Source: the human T2T-CHM13v2.0 reference genome, Homo sapiens. Taken from it: 64,000 nucleotides of DNA. Where the stretch lies: NCBI RefSeq assembly GCF_009914755.1, contig NC_060926.1; one strand, 5' to 3'. Position numbers and translations under genes: made by a program. Positions 44,746 to 59,318 of the stretch are shown here, in pieces (position 1 is the stretch's first letter; the number at the start of each line of letters is the position of its first letter). Below the pieces are notes generated by a model. It saw only the letters and a list, made by a program, of their open reading frames with translations, was not told the DNA's origin and did not search any database.

Positions 44746-45008
44746 CATGGCTGTATTATTCAATCATTCAACAGAAATATATCAAGAATGTACTGTGTGT
44801 CAAACACTGTCCTAAGAATACAGAGACAAAAGATAGAGTCCCTGGCTTCAGGAAACTCACAGCCTAGTCAATAGAGTCAAGCAAAGAGTCAGGCTGGTTT
44901 GTGCCTATAATCCCAGAACTTTGGGAGGCTGAGGTGGGTGGATCGCTTGAGACCAGCCTGGGCAACACAGTGAAACTCCATCTCTACAAAAAATACAAAA
45001 ATTAGTCA

Positions 45009-45240
<232 letters not shown>

Positions 45241-46045
45241 CTAAAGGAAAAGCCATAACAAGTTTATCACAATTACCAAGTGTTCCAAGTACAGCTCTCT
45301 ATAACTATCTAATAGGGTTGAATCATAAATAATAATTCCAAATATTGTTCTGATACTATTAACAATTTTCTCAGTACTTAAAATCCTAAGACATCCATAT
45401 TTTCAACCGTTTGGGTAATATGAATTGGACGTTTTTAAAATTTTAGGAGTATGAAATTAACTACAATGTCACAAATTCCTTAAAAACTCACAGCAAGTAA
45501 TATTCAAAACTGGCTCCAGAATTAAATGACATCTCAAACAGGAAAATAATTATTTCTACTTCACTGTCACCAAGCCCTACAACTGATAACAATAAAGAAA
45601 AAAGATTTCAATCCACTGAAGTAGGAAAATGCCCTACAGCGTACAGAAGAGCTGGCCCATCATTCCAGATCTCTGAATAGCTTTCCTCTTCCTTCCCATT
45701 AGTTTAAGACGATTGAAGTCATGTTACAAGTTCTAACAGAGATTATTTGCTTCAAAAAGCTACTCAATGAAATTCAGGATTCATCTCTGAATACAGTAAA
45801 TCTCAAGTCAGTGAAAAGACTTCAAAATTGTGAGGCAGAGTCAGTAAACAGTGTCATGAAGAAGTTAGCTCTTCACTTTCAGAGTCTGGGTGCAAAACAG
45901 CAACAACAGAGTCATTAAATTAATCAATTTTCTTAGTCTTAATAAACATTTTAGATGAAAAAACTTATATAATAAGGTTCCTGGCCAGGTGTGGTGGCTA
46001 ATGCCTGTAATCCCAGCACTTTGGGAGGCTGAGGCAGGCGGATCA

Positions 46046-46348
<303 letters not shown>

Positions 46349-46529
46349 TTAAAAGTATATAAACAGCCAGGCATTGTGGTGCGCGTGCCTGTAGTCCCAA
46401 CTACTCAGATGTTTAGGGTGGGAGGATGGCCTGACCCCAGGAGTTTGAGGCCATAATGCACTATGATCACATATTCCAGCCTGAGCAACATAGCCAGACC
46501 CCATCTTGAAAAACAAAAAAGTATACAAA

Positions 46530-47638
46530 CATATTTCTACTGGTGGCCAGAGACCAAATTTGCCCTCCTCCCTGAAACAACTGGGGGGAAAAAAAGACAA
46601 AATACATAAAACGTTTTTCAAGACATTGGACATCAGGCAACAAAAGACAGTGATCCCCAATCGATGGGAAACAAGCATGAATCCAACAACTGCTCCAGCA
46701 TTATGGCCTTGAAAGAGTTTCCAGGCCACAGAACAGGAAGAGGGGAATCCAGGCAGAGCACAATGGTCTGAGCTGAGGGGACAGAACTGAGTCTGGAGAC
46801 AGCAAGGTAGCTAAAGTACACAGGGCAGAGTACTTAACAGAGTTGAACAGTGAGAAAGATCTGCAGAGGGTATCCCTCAAGTCTGAGTACTTATCAGAAT
46901 ATAAGTGTGAGGAAACTACCCAAAGATAGTGAAAGAACCACCAAAAAGACTGAGAGCGAACACCACCAAGTAGGTCCTGTTTCCACCAGCTGGAGTATTC
47001 AGAGGGGTTTTGCCTCAACAGTGTGACAAAGTAGTACTGCCTAACAAATCTTAAAAGCATGTCCCCAAAAGATCAAACTGTTTTCAGGTAACTTAATGCA
47101 TCCCAGAACGAAGCTCAAGATTTTTGTATTTAATGGAATACAAAAATATCCAGCGCCAAACAAGCTAAAATTTCAAATGACTGGCATCAAATTAAAAAAA
47201 AAATCACCAGGCATGCAAAAGCAACAGAATCCATAATGGGAAGAAATATCAATCAACCGAAACCAACCCCAAAATGACACAGACAGAATTAGCAGACATA
47301 GACATTAAGCCAATTATAACTGTATTCCATATGTTCAAGAAGCTAGAGAAAAGACAGAGCATGAAAAACATAGACATGGAAGATATAAGACAATTTCTAA
47401 AGATGAAGTTATAATATCTGGAATGAAAAATATGGTGGGTGGGATTAAGAGCAGACTAAACATTATAGAAGAAAAAATTAATAAATTTGGAGACATCACA
47501 ACAGACTATCCAAAATGAAACAAAGAAGACTGAAAGAAAATTGAATTAAACATCAGTAAGTTTTAAGACAACATCAAAGCTACTAATATATATGTAACTG
47601 GACTTCCAAAAGGGTGAAGAGGTCAAATAAATAAATAA

Positions 47639-47698
<60 letters not shown>

Positions 47699-47800
47699 TT
47701 TCTTCTAGGAATAATGACTGAAACTTTTCTAAATTTGATAAAAACTATAAACCCACAGATCCAAGACACTCATTGAATTCCAAGCACAAGAAACATGGAA
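46530..47800 (+). mobile_element. Old L1M (L1MD-like) 5' UTR/ORF1 remnant
   Basis: ttttcaagacattggacatcaggcaac...tccaaatttgat-like ...aaactataaacccacagatccaaga. Confidence 0.68.
47625..47697. repeat. (AAAT)n-(TA)n microsatellite
   Basis: Directly visible. Confidence 0.95.
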
Positions 47801-50018
47801 AATATATAAATAGTTTCATTTACAAAGGGTTCTTGCTCACAAATTCTGTAACTAAATGTACTGTAGAAATTAGACTAGGCCTAACTTTTACATTTACTAG
47901 GTATAGAGTTACAACTGACACTTTATAATAGAGTACATTAAAGCATACATTAATCTAAGTAAAGTGCTTAACAGAAATCCTAATGACTTCAAAATTAGCA
48001 AAATACAGCTTATAAAACAATGTATATTTTGTTGCCCTATCAGTTAAATAATTTATTAAGATAAATTTGATCTTATTTTAGCAAATTATTCAAACAAAGC
48101 AAAAGTATACTTTTTTTTTCTTTTCTTTTCCTTTAATTTTATAGGTCATTTACAACAGAATTAGGACACCGAAAAAAAATCTAAAGAAACTGAGAGGTGG
48201 AACTGAAAATACAGAAGCAGATTTGTGGTTTGGAAAGGAGCTAGTCCTCATGAAAAACAGCAACCTGACAAACACTATTTTGGAATACCGTCATTTTCAA
48301 AATATACATATATTTTTTAAGCATAAAACTGCATTTGAAGTGGAAATTAACGTATTTGTTTTTAGCACCTCAGCTAAGTATTTAGGATGCAAAAAAAAAA
48401 TCTAAATTTTTCTGGAAAAAGAATCATTCAAATAAAAACCATTAAAGTGGAAAACTAAAGTAATATATTTCCCTATTTTTGTGAACACACATTTTTAGCA
48501 CACAAATTCAAAATCTTCCGTCTAAAAATAAGCACAATAAAGAGACACAGGGGAACAAATTCTGAGTATCTACTGTAATGGCTACCCTTTCTGTCATGTA
48601 GGTTCCCCAAAAGAGAAGTCAGTTTATTATCCTACCATTTTGCTTAGGAAATAGTCAGATATTTTGAGGATAAAAAATAATTCCATTACACAGCTGTCAA
48701 AAATACATTTACTAACCCTGGAAATAATTGATGTCTACGCTCTTTTTTCCTTTCTTAAGGAAAAAAATAAATATATACATATTTAGATAACATATATATT
48801 TCTTTGGGTGCCTATGAAAACAAAACACTGGTTGAAAATGTATAATAGTATAATACTTCCCTGTAGGATCAACATGTACATGAAAAACAGCCCACAAATC
48901 TCTTTGAGCACACAGAGAAGTTAACACGAGAGCAATTTTTTATAGATGTGACTTCTACCCTCTTAAACATAAAAATCTAAACCAATAAAATACAAAATTG
49001 ATAAGGTTATCAGAGCAGAATGGTAGACTTATTCTCTAGTAACAACTATTTATTGATAACACACCAATTTCCCATACATATAAAAGTTCCAAACTACCTC
49101 TTCTCATCAGATTCTATTAAAGAGAAATAAGACTAAGTATACATTACTTTGAGCACAACTGAAAAATTCAGTTTGATAAACTACATTAGCGTACTTAGAA
49201 TACACGTATGCTACAATAGCTGTAATTAGATAAAAGCTGAGTTTTAATTTTACTGATCCAGCTACCAATATACTTTCACTATTCAATTCCCATCTCAAAA
49301 GCATACTTTCCTACTTAGTACAAACCCAATATTATAAACACAAAAGACAAAGATTTGCCCAATAAGTCGTTATCTAATTGTTATCAAGACTTGTTATTTG
49401 CATTTCAAAACCTGTAAGAATACCTTAAAATGATCCCTAAAATATTAAGCAACCTAATAATTCACACAATAAATCATCTCATCAGGCTTTAGTTATTACA
49501 GGCATTTAAATTATTTACTACAGCAAGAGTCCTCACCAATCAGAACTGTTTGAAATTTTCTCTTCTGAAATCTGCTATTACTTAACGAGTTTCAAATTTT
49601 GAGCCATTTATTTCTAGATATAAAGGTTAATAAGAAACATTTCTGCATCAAATGCACATAACTTCACAGTAAAGTCTTTTTTCCTCTCTTAGGAAACCAG
49701 ATTCTCATTTTCTCTCTTATTTTACCAAATTATCAAAGAATACACAATGTGGCTTGGATTTCAGTACTGAAGACAAGTGACAATACATGGTTGACAGAAT
49801 GAAAAACTAAAGTTTCACAATTTTAACAGGTAAAATATCTAGGTTGTGATAATGGGCTGAGCCCATAACATTAGCATTCCTTTCAAGATCCAATTCTTAA
49901 ACCACCTGAATATTTCTGGCCAATGAACCAAATTAGGGGCTTAAAACATCGTGTCTCAAAGTTCACCATATGCTATTTCTCAAAGAAAACGTTACCTAGG
50001 AAAGAAGGAAGAACTTAC

Positions 50019-50119
50019 ATTTGGAGCATGACCTGGTTCAAGAATACCCCATCCACCAAAGCCACATATTCATCAAGGTTGGTCCCATTTCCTGCGGCCA
50101 GAGGTCCAAACGTTTTAAC
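50019..50119 (-). CDS. CCDC88A: CCDC88A exon 2 (101 nt), [33 protein letters not shown](I)
   Basis: Acceptor tttgttctag|GTT and donor AAT|gtaagt; continues the exon 1 frame after a 100-nt intron; ends in phase 2. Confidence 0.97.
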
Positions 50120-50219
50120 CTAGAACAAACAGAAGGATCACCACGACATGAACGCCCACCTCCATCTCTGCAGCCACAAATAACTCAGCAAAATATACAA
50201 TAAAGGACACCCCACTTAC

Positions 50220-50282
50220 CCAAGTGACCAAAGGGCTGGTCATGAACTGCTCCAGAAGGGGAGTAAAAATTTCGTTCTCCAT
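50220..50282 (-). CDS. CCDC88A: CCDC88A (Girdin/GIV) coding exon 1, aa 1-21 MENEIFTPLLEQFMTSPLVTW
   Basis: ATG at 50282 (tgtaaaATGG); the translation matches the recognised Girdin N-terminus; donor TGG|gtaagt at 50219. Confidence 0.97.
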
Positions 50283-50399
50283 TTTACAGAGTATGTATTT
50301 GAAAAAAGGAACTACCACAAAAATACGCCTAGGGAATTGGTCACTAAACGTGGAAGTAAGTAGAAATCAATGAAAGTCCATTTCGGCAAGGGAGAAAAA

Positions 50400-51480
50400 T
50401 CCCATCGTGGAGGAGGGGGGCACTCTCCCTCCTCAAAAAACACCCCAGAGTGAAACGAGCCGAAATCCCAAGAAGTGGCTTCGACGACGGACACCACGAG
50501 CAGCAGCCTGCGCTGGAAATGTCTGTACCGGGCGAGGAGGGGCAGAGAAAAGGCATCTGGAGGAGGAGGAAGGGAAAGGGGGCTGGAACCCAAGACAAAA
50601 AGCCCGTCAAGGTTGTCCAGCTCCTGGAGGATCCAGACCAGCGAAACTGCTCCCAATGAATCAATCCCAACGGGGGCTAAATGAAATACGTTAAACAGAG
50701 ACCACGTTAAGGATACCGAGGCGCCACCAGACTCGACCTCGGCGTTCCGACCTCTACACGTTCCACCCACCGATGGGCATGGAGCCGCTTTCGACCCGCG
50801 GAGCCTCCACTGCCCGCAGCCCCTCAGTACCAACAGGCAGGGCTCGCCCCTTCCCCCCGAGCAGACACCATTCCTCCGCCGCCCTCAAGCCTCGCCTCCA
50901 GCCCCCTTCCCCTCCCGGGGGTGGGGGCTTGAATGTGTGTCCCTAACCCCCCAGCTTCCTAAGCCCTGCCAGCCTTTCAGCGCGTCTCTGGGAATCCCTG
51001 GCACAAAATCACCGCCGCGCTCCAGCCTTCTCCGCCCTCTATGGAGAAGCCGGAGTAACGGCCTCAGAACCGCAGTGCCGCATCACACCCCACCCCTCGC
51101 CGCCCGCCAGCGCCGCCCGCCAATGCCGGGGGCCGCCGTCAAAGGGAGCGCGCTGCTCCCTCCGCGCCGATATCCTTCCGCCGACTCCCCGCCCCTCCCG
51201 TGCAGCTGCCTCTGGATTGTGGGAGAAGAAAACCGCTGCATGAGCGCGCTCCCGAGCGAGCGCGCCCCCGGGCTAGCCTCGCCGCCGCCCAGATCCTGGC
51301 GGCGGGCGCGGGCTCGGGCGTGGGCGCGCGCTCGCTGCAGCTGCTGCGGAGACAACCCGCTCCTCGGTTGCGCCCAGGACGGTTGCCTGGTGGGCGGGGA
51401 CAGGGAAGGCAGAGCAAGGGGTCTGTCTGCTCGCTCGCTCATGCCTAATTATGGTTTATTTCCTCCCCGAGTGACTTCTT
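50400..51480 (-). promoter_or_regulatory. CCDC88A: CpG island covering the CCDC88A promoter and 5' UTR
   Basis: Abrupt GC- and CpG-rich segment directly upstream of the ATG; GC boxes (e.g. cccgccc ~51188), CCAAT at ~51120, GCGCGC runs; no Alus in ~47.8-52.7 kb. The exact TSS cannot be read from sequence. Confidence 0.9.
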
Positions 51481-52224
51481 TGATACGTGAAGGAAGGGGA
51501 AAGAAATCCTTCTCTTATAAACATGAGGGATGCAGACAGCCTTTTTCGGACAGTTTGATGTGTTCTGTAAAGCATGCCTTCTCCCCAGCAAAATGGAATA
51601 GGAAAACTCACTGCAGCAAATGGCAGAGGGACTTGAGCCACAACTTGGTGGGGGTTTTTTTCTCCTTTTTGTTTTCTTCCAAATGCAGTCCACTAACGCA
51701 TGAATGTTCTTCAAAGTTGCAAGTGACATACAGTAAGATTTTTTAAAAACCAGAGCTGTCTGTCAGCACGTTGGTATTCCCTGACTGGAGCAAACATGAC
51801 TCAGACATTGTTTTTTGGTTTTGTTTTGTTTTTTACTATTTGGGCATGGGTCGGGGGAAACCCAAGCAAAATCAAGAGCTACAAAGAAGAAACATTTAGA
51901 AGTCATCCAAGTTGGGTGACAAATAAACAGATTACATATTTGTCATAAATCTCCATGCCACGTACGACTGGGACCTTGAAATAATTTTAAGTTCCCTGGC
52001 AAAATCAAATGCTACTCCTCATTTCAAAGGAAAATAAAGACCTTTTTCCCGGGGTAAAATGGGCATATAGAACGCAATCTTTTTTTGATAAAAGATAATA
52101 TTATAGTTTTATAATGTGTGCTATGTTTACATTACATAAATATTTACACGGAGTATATATTTTAAATTAGCAGTAAAAATGTTTTTGTCATAACACAGTT
52201 AAGAAAGAGCAGAATTTCTTAATT

Positions 52225-52400
52225 GGGTAGTTGAGAACCTGGACTCTGAAGTCTTCCTGCCTGGTTCCAATATGCACCAGCTGTGTGAGCCTACGCACGT
52301 TATTGAGTCTCTTTGTGCTTCGATTCCGTCACGTGTAAAGCAGGGCTAATAATAGGGTTAAATGAAATGGCAGCTTATAGTTAAGTGTTCTATAAATGTC
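52225..52400 (+). mobile_element. MIR
   Basis: ggactctgaagtc...cagctgtgtgagcct...tctctttgtgcttcgattccgtcacgtgtaaagcagggctaataatag, matching the MIR core. Confidence 0.65.
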
Positions 52401-52684
52401 ATTAATGTTGTTTTTAACATTATTCCTTCAAAATAAAGAACCTTTATGAAAAACTTGAAATATAACCTCTCTGCTTCAGTTACAGGAGAAAGGATCTTGC
52501 TTTGAGGAGGGAACTAAATGCCCTTTGAAAATCATCTTAATTAAAATTAGGATGCATTCATGTGGCACTTTGCTAGGTGATGTACAAGTAGAACCTTGCA
52601 TTTCCCTAGCCAGTACACAAGCCTTCAGACATCCTTGTTGCTAGCAATCTTTTCCATCTGCTCTTGATGACTTTTTAAAAAGCC

Positions 52685-53120
<436 letters not shown>

Positions 53121-53531
53121 TGATAACTCTTTCTTAATAGCAGTTCTTTATTTGGCAAATGAAATACAGACAGAAGGAGAGTGGGCACCAAGGAGACAGC
53201 ATTGCTTTCAGGAGCAGCCCAGTGCTTGACATACCCACTTTTCTTTGTAATCCCCCAGACGCTTGACAAAACAATATGGAAGTAATTATGCCTATACTGG
53301 GTTTATCCTAGGACAAATCAATCTGCTTCATTCATAGGCGAAAAACCAAAAAGTATTAACACCAAATACAGCAGGTTAGGGGCATTTTGAAGTGGTGACT
53401 GAAGGGTTAGCACAGGAGTCATACATTAAGATAGTATTGTTTATGCAATTTAGTACCCAGCCCTCACAGAAATCTGGATTCTTCTCTAGAGCCAGATGGC
53501 CCCAGATGCTTTCTGGTCTATCTTTAGGTTT

Positions 53532-53532
<1 letters not shown>

Positions 53533-53576
<44 letters not shown>
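53533..53576. repeat. (GC)3(AC)n microsatellite
   Basis: gcgcgcacacac... directly visible. Confidence 0.95.
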
Positions 53577-53578
<2 letters not shown>

Positions 53579-54323
53579 AACAAAGAAACATGAGGAGTTA
53601 ATTGTAAAAACAGGAAACTTTAGACCAGACTGAGGTCTGGAGGAACTTATTTGAAAACCTACCAATTCACAATTCCCTAGTTTAACAGCAGCCTTAAAAA
53701 TGCTTTATAATATCTCAAGAGTACAACCAGTAATCTTCTCTGTCTGGCTAAAGAGGGATTGTACATTATACCCAGTTTAATGGTCTTTGAATTGCAACAT
53801 CCTGTAAGATTAAATCCAAAAGTTTCCTATCCACCTTTCACTTAGGAAGAAATTTCTTAAGATTTCTTCAAAATACTTTTGTTTTGTACTTTGTAGTCAT
53901 TTATGTGTCCTGAATGCATCCTTTCTTGGAAGGTTAAATCCAGCATGAAAGGAGTTTGGAAAAATCATACCCACCTGGTTAGGATGTAAGTTATTTGCTC
54001 AGCTGTCTTCTAATCTGAAACTAAATGGTTAGAAAGGACCATGGTCCCATTTAGAAATCTCTAGAGAAAGACTGTCTCCCGTGTATCACAATTGAGGCTT
54101 TCTCCTTCAGGTTGCATATGAATAACACAACCCATGTACCAAAAGCACCCATATGAACTTCTACCCATGTCTATCTTGATCTACACTATAGGAAGTGATA
54201 GACTCATCCAGAACCAGTTTCCTTGGTGACAAATATTTTTAAGTACGGATTTGCAAAGGTAATCACATTCGTAAGCTAGTACAAGAAAAATACCACAAAT
54301 GCAGCAGCAGAATGGCACCATTG

Positions 54324-54773
54324 TTTATAATAGACAATAAGTGGAAACAACCCACATGTCCATGGACTGATGAATGAATAAATAAAATGCAGTATATCCA
54401 TATAATAGGATACTATCTGGCAATAAAAAATAATGAAGTACTAATACATGCTACAACATGGATGATAGCATTATGCTAAGTGAAAGTCATAAAGAACAAC
54501 ATATTGTATTATTCCATTTATGTGAAATGTCCAGAAAAGACATATCTATAGAGACAGAAAGTAGATTAGCCTAGGGCTGGGGGAAAGTTGGGGGAAAATA
54601 GGAGTGATGATTTAGGGATGTGAAATTTCTTTTTGAGAAAATGAAAATATTCTAAAACGATCATGGTGATGGTTGCACAACTCTGTGAATACACTAAAAG
54701 CCATTGAGTTGTGTACCTTAAATGGCTGAATTGTATGGAATGTGAATTATGTCTCAATAAACCTTTGTAAAAA
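54324..54773 (+). mobile_element. L1MB-type 3' end
   Basis: tggaaacaacccacatgtcca...atgctacaacatggatga...gtgaattatgtctcaataaa; 15-bp TSD agaatggcaccattg. Confidence 0.85.
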
Positions 54774-56089
54774 AGAATGGCACCATTGCCTCATGAAGAT
54801 TTTTTTTAAGTCATCAAGAAATCTAGTCTCTAATAGACTTTTTAAAAGGGTGCCTTGATCTAATAATTAAGATTTTTAAATCACCTAGGAACACAGAAGG
54901 CTTATATTTTAATTACCCAAGATAGTTTTAAGAGGAAATATAATACAGGGAGAGAAAGAGAAATTAGGCAGGTTGCTTAACTTTTTTGAGCATCAGTTTC
55001 CCCAGTAGGGAATGAGCACACTGATTTCATTCTCTACTGGACTTCTGCTGAGACCAGTGGACTCGTTGCTCTGTCCTGTACCTCAACTGAGGAGAGGAGA
55101 GGAAAGTTGGAAAGATAAGACAGGGAAGAGAGAAGGGGTCCTCCTTTCAGGCCAGTATCAATTGCTCTTCTCAAACATCCTACTTCTGTGTTCCAAAGTG
55201 AACCTTCTCAAATTCACAGTAATATCCCATATGCCTGTGCCTCTGCATATGCTACCATCCCTGTCCAGAATACCCTTTTCTGCTTGCTAGCTAGGCCAAC
55301 TCCCACTCATCGCTCAGGATTCAAGTGTTAACTCTCTATGAAGCATTCCTCTACTTCAGACTCAGGTGACCACTCCTTTTGGTGCCTGCATAGTATCAAA
55401 TCTTCCCTTCATTTCTGCAACTTGCTCTAAATGGCATGTATTTGCCTGCAATTACTTCTCCTTGATTCATCTTTATGTCCCTGGGTCTAGGGCAGTGCCG
55501 TGCAATGGAGGGCACTCTCAGTCAGTGGATCAGAGTCTTCCTCACACCACGATGACTAGTATAAATTCCTAACAATAGGCAAGAGCTCACAGCAGAGTGA
55601 CTTCTGAAAACGGTTTCATTAACTAATGACCTTGAGGAGGCATTAGCTAGATTCTTGCTTGCCAGTGAATTTGAAGAACCAAAGGTCTTGCCCAGGACAT
55701 TGAGGTCATAAAATAAATAGCTTCCAAGAGAGCTTTTTTCCAAGTAAATTTTTTTCAGAGAAAAGCTTAGAGGAATACATAAACATCATATCATCTTTTA
55801 TTTCTCAGTCAGCATGTAATGACATATATCCTTCTCAACACTCAAACTATTTTTTATTTTTTATCATGTTGATGGAAATTTTGTAAAAATGTATCTAAGC
55901 TTTGTTGAACAGTATATTCTGAACTTAAATTGGTCTTTTAATTGTATCGCTACATTTGACCTAATTGATTGTGTGGTGCTTTTAATGTTGTGATCAATTC
56001 AGAGGTTCTCAAAAGTGCAAGGGTGTGGCCGGGTGTGGTGGCTCATGCCTGTAATCCCAGCACTTTGGGAGGCTAAGGGGGGCGGATCA

Positions 56090-56359
<270 letters not shown>

Positions 56360-57082
56360 CTAAGTTTTGAGTTTTATTTTACTTTGAATAGTTTTCCTAT
56401 CTTCTATTGTGGCTGTCAGTATCTCCACCTACCTATAGTCCCCAGCCAAATATGCTGCTTCTGATTTTCTGGATGCTAGGAATACACCGACTGTTAAGAC
56501 ACTCTGAAAGAATTAATAGTCTTCGAGTGAAGTCCTGATAGGCTCTTCAGGGAGTAGAATTGATGGATTTGTGATAGGCCTGAAGTGTCTCTTGGTATAA
56601 TGTTTTTGCTTACGTTCAGTTTCTTGGTCTTTATTTAGGTAAGTGTGGTGCTACTCAGTTTATTTAACTAGTTTGCTATGGTGTGTTGCAAAAGTTCTGA
56701 ATGTTAATGGTCACTTACAAAGTATTTCCAGGGTGTGACTGGCCTATCACATAGTCAGTCATTGTGTTGACATTGTTCCTTCTTTAATTCTTCAAATCTA
56801 AGCAATAGGCAGTGACTCATTTCCTCTTAAGATGCTGCTTGGGCAATATATATAGTGAGACCTTATCTCTACAAAAAAATTAAAAATTAGCAGAGCGCGT
56901 TGGAGCACAGTTGTAGTCCCAGCTAGCTACATGAGAGGATTGCTTGAGCCCAGGAGGTGGAGACTGCAGTGAGCCTGTGATGCACCACTGCACTCCAGCC
57001 TGGGCGACACAGTGTGTCTCTAACAAAACAAAACAATATGCTGCTACCGGAAAGATACTAAGCAAATGAAAACCTTATAGAG

Positions 57083-57416
57083 CAGTGGTCCCCAACCTTT
57101 TTAGCATCAGCAACGGGTTTTGTGGAAGACAGTTTTTTCCCTGGGCAGGGAGGGGGCATGGTTTCAGGATGAAACTGTTCCATCTCAGATCGAGGTATCG
57201 TATTCTCATAAGGAGCACGCAACTTAGATCCCTTGCATGCACAGTTCATCACAATAGGGTTCCCGCTCCTATGAGAATCTAATGCCGCCACTGCTCTGAC
57301 AGGAGGCAGAGCTCAGGCAGTAATGCTGGCTCGCCACCCAACTCCTGCTATGCGGCACAGTTCCTAACAGGCCATGGACCAGTGCCGGTCCACAGCCCAG
57401 GGACTGGGGACCTCTG
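57083..57416 (-). mobile_element. MER1B
   Basis: cagtggtccccaaccttttt...ggggacctctg; perfect 8-bp TSD ttatagag. Confidence 0.87.
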
Positions 57417-58317
57417 TTATAGAGGAGAAAATAAAAATGCGCAGAAAAGGACAAATACTGTAAAACAAACTTCTAGAAGTTGAAAAAAAATTAACTCTTC
57501 TATTCTAATCATAAGCCTATTCCCAACCTCTACTATTCAACTATTTACATCTTAGAGACAGACATTAGCAATACCTAGTTGAAAGAGAACCTAGGCAGAA
57601 CACCTGATGGATCATTAATAAAATACATAAACATTCCATGTAATGGGCACTTTCCTCATGGTGAAGATCACAATTATAACTGATGAATAGCATAACACAA
57701 AAGCTTAAGACCTTCTAATAAAAGAAACACAAACTGGGCATTCTTGGGTATAATAATACCATCTTTAGAACATGACTTAAATTTTTCACACAGCATTCCC
57801 TTTAAGATAAATGAGCAAAAAGATTTCCACATAAAGAACCATTGGTAGTTTTAAGGGTACTGAAAATAAGCCTGAGTTAAAACAATTAAATACTTTGAAC
57901 CATAGGAAAAGCAAAGATCTGCTTCCATATTAAAAAATACAAATTACAGATTATAATAAACATTACAAGTGAGGATATCTGAAGATATTTTATTTCCTTC
58001 TGGTGAATGGTAGTAGGAAGATATTTAGAAATGCATACATTCTTAAGCGACTATGTAATTGATGTTCTGCTGTTGAAAAGTTAAAATTCACATGAAACGT
58101 TTTAAAAATTTACAATTTAAATGTTTTTTCCTAATTTTCAATCAATACATGCTAATTGATTATTTTCTTAAAATATCAGTTTGAGAAGAGTTCTTAGACT
58201 CAATTTTATTGCAATAATTTTTTAAAGTAAAGATCTGTCTTTGGTTTCTTCAACTAAAATAGCAATATAAAATATTCAGTTACATTAGGTTTACCATTTT
58301 GCATATTTTGTAAACTA

Positions 58318-58696
<379 letters not shown>

Positions 58697-58934
58697 TTAA
58701 AATTAGCCAGATGTGGTGGCACATGTCTATAACGCCAGCTACTCAGGGGGCTGAGGTGGAAGGATAGCTTGAGACGGAAGGTCAAGGCTGCAGTGAGCCA
58801 TGATTGTGCCACTGCACTCCAGCCTGAGTGACCCAATGAGACCCTGTCTCTAAACAAAAACAGAAACAAGGCTGAACATGCCTCTCAGTTTGAATTAATC
58901 AATAAATAGAATTCAAATGCATTTTTAGTAATGA

Positions 58935-59318
<384 letters not shown>

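Noticed and set aside
50312-50833. 173-aa minus-strand ORF over the 5' UTR
   Set aside because: Starts at a non-ATG codon, has no internal Met and no recognisable similarity.
51083-51442. 119-aa minus-strand ATG ORF in the CpG island
   Set aside because: GC-rich composition artefact with no family resemblance and no splice link to the CCDC88A CDS.
50937-51746. 269-aa plus-strand ORF, the longest in the track
   Set aside because: Non-ATG start, Pro/Arg/Ala-rich low-complexity translation and no recognisable domain; long ORFs are expected in stop-poor CpG islands.
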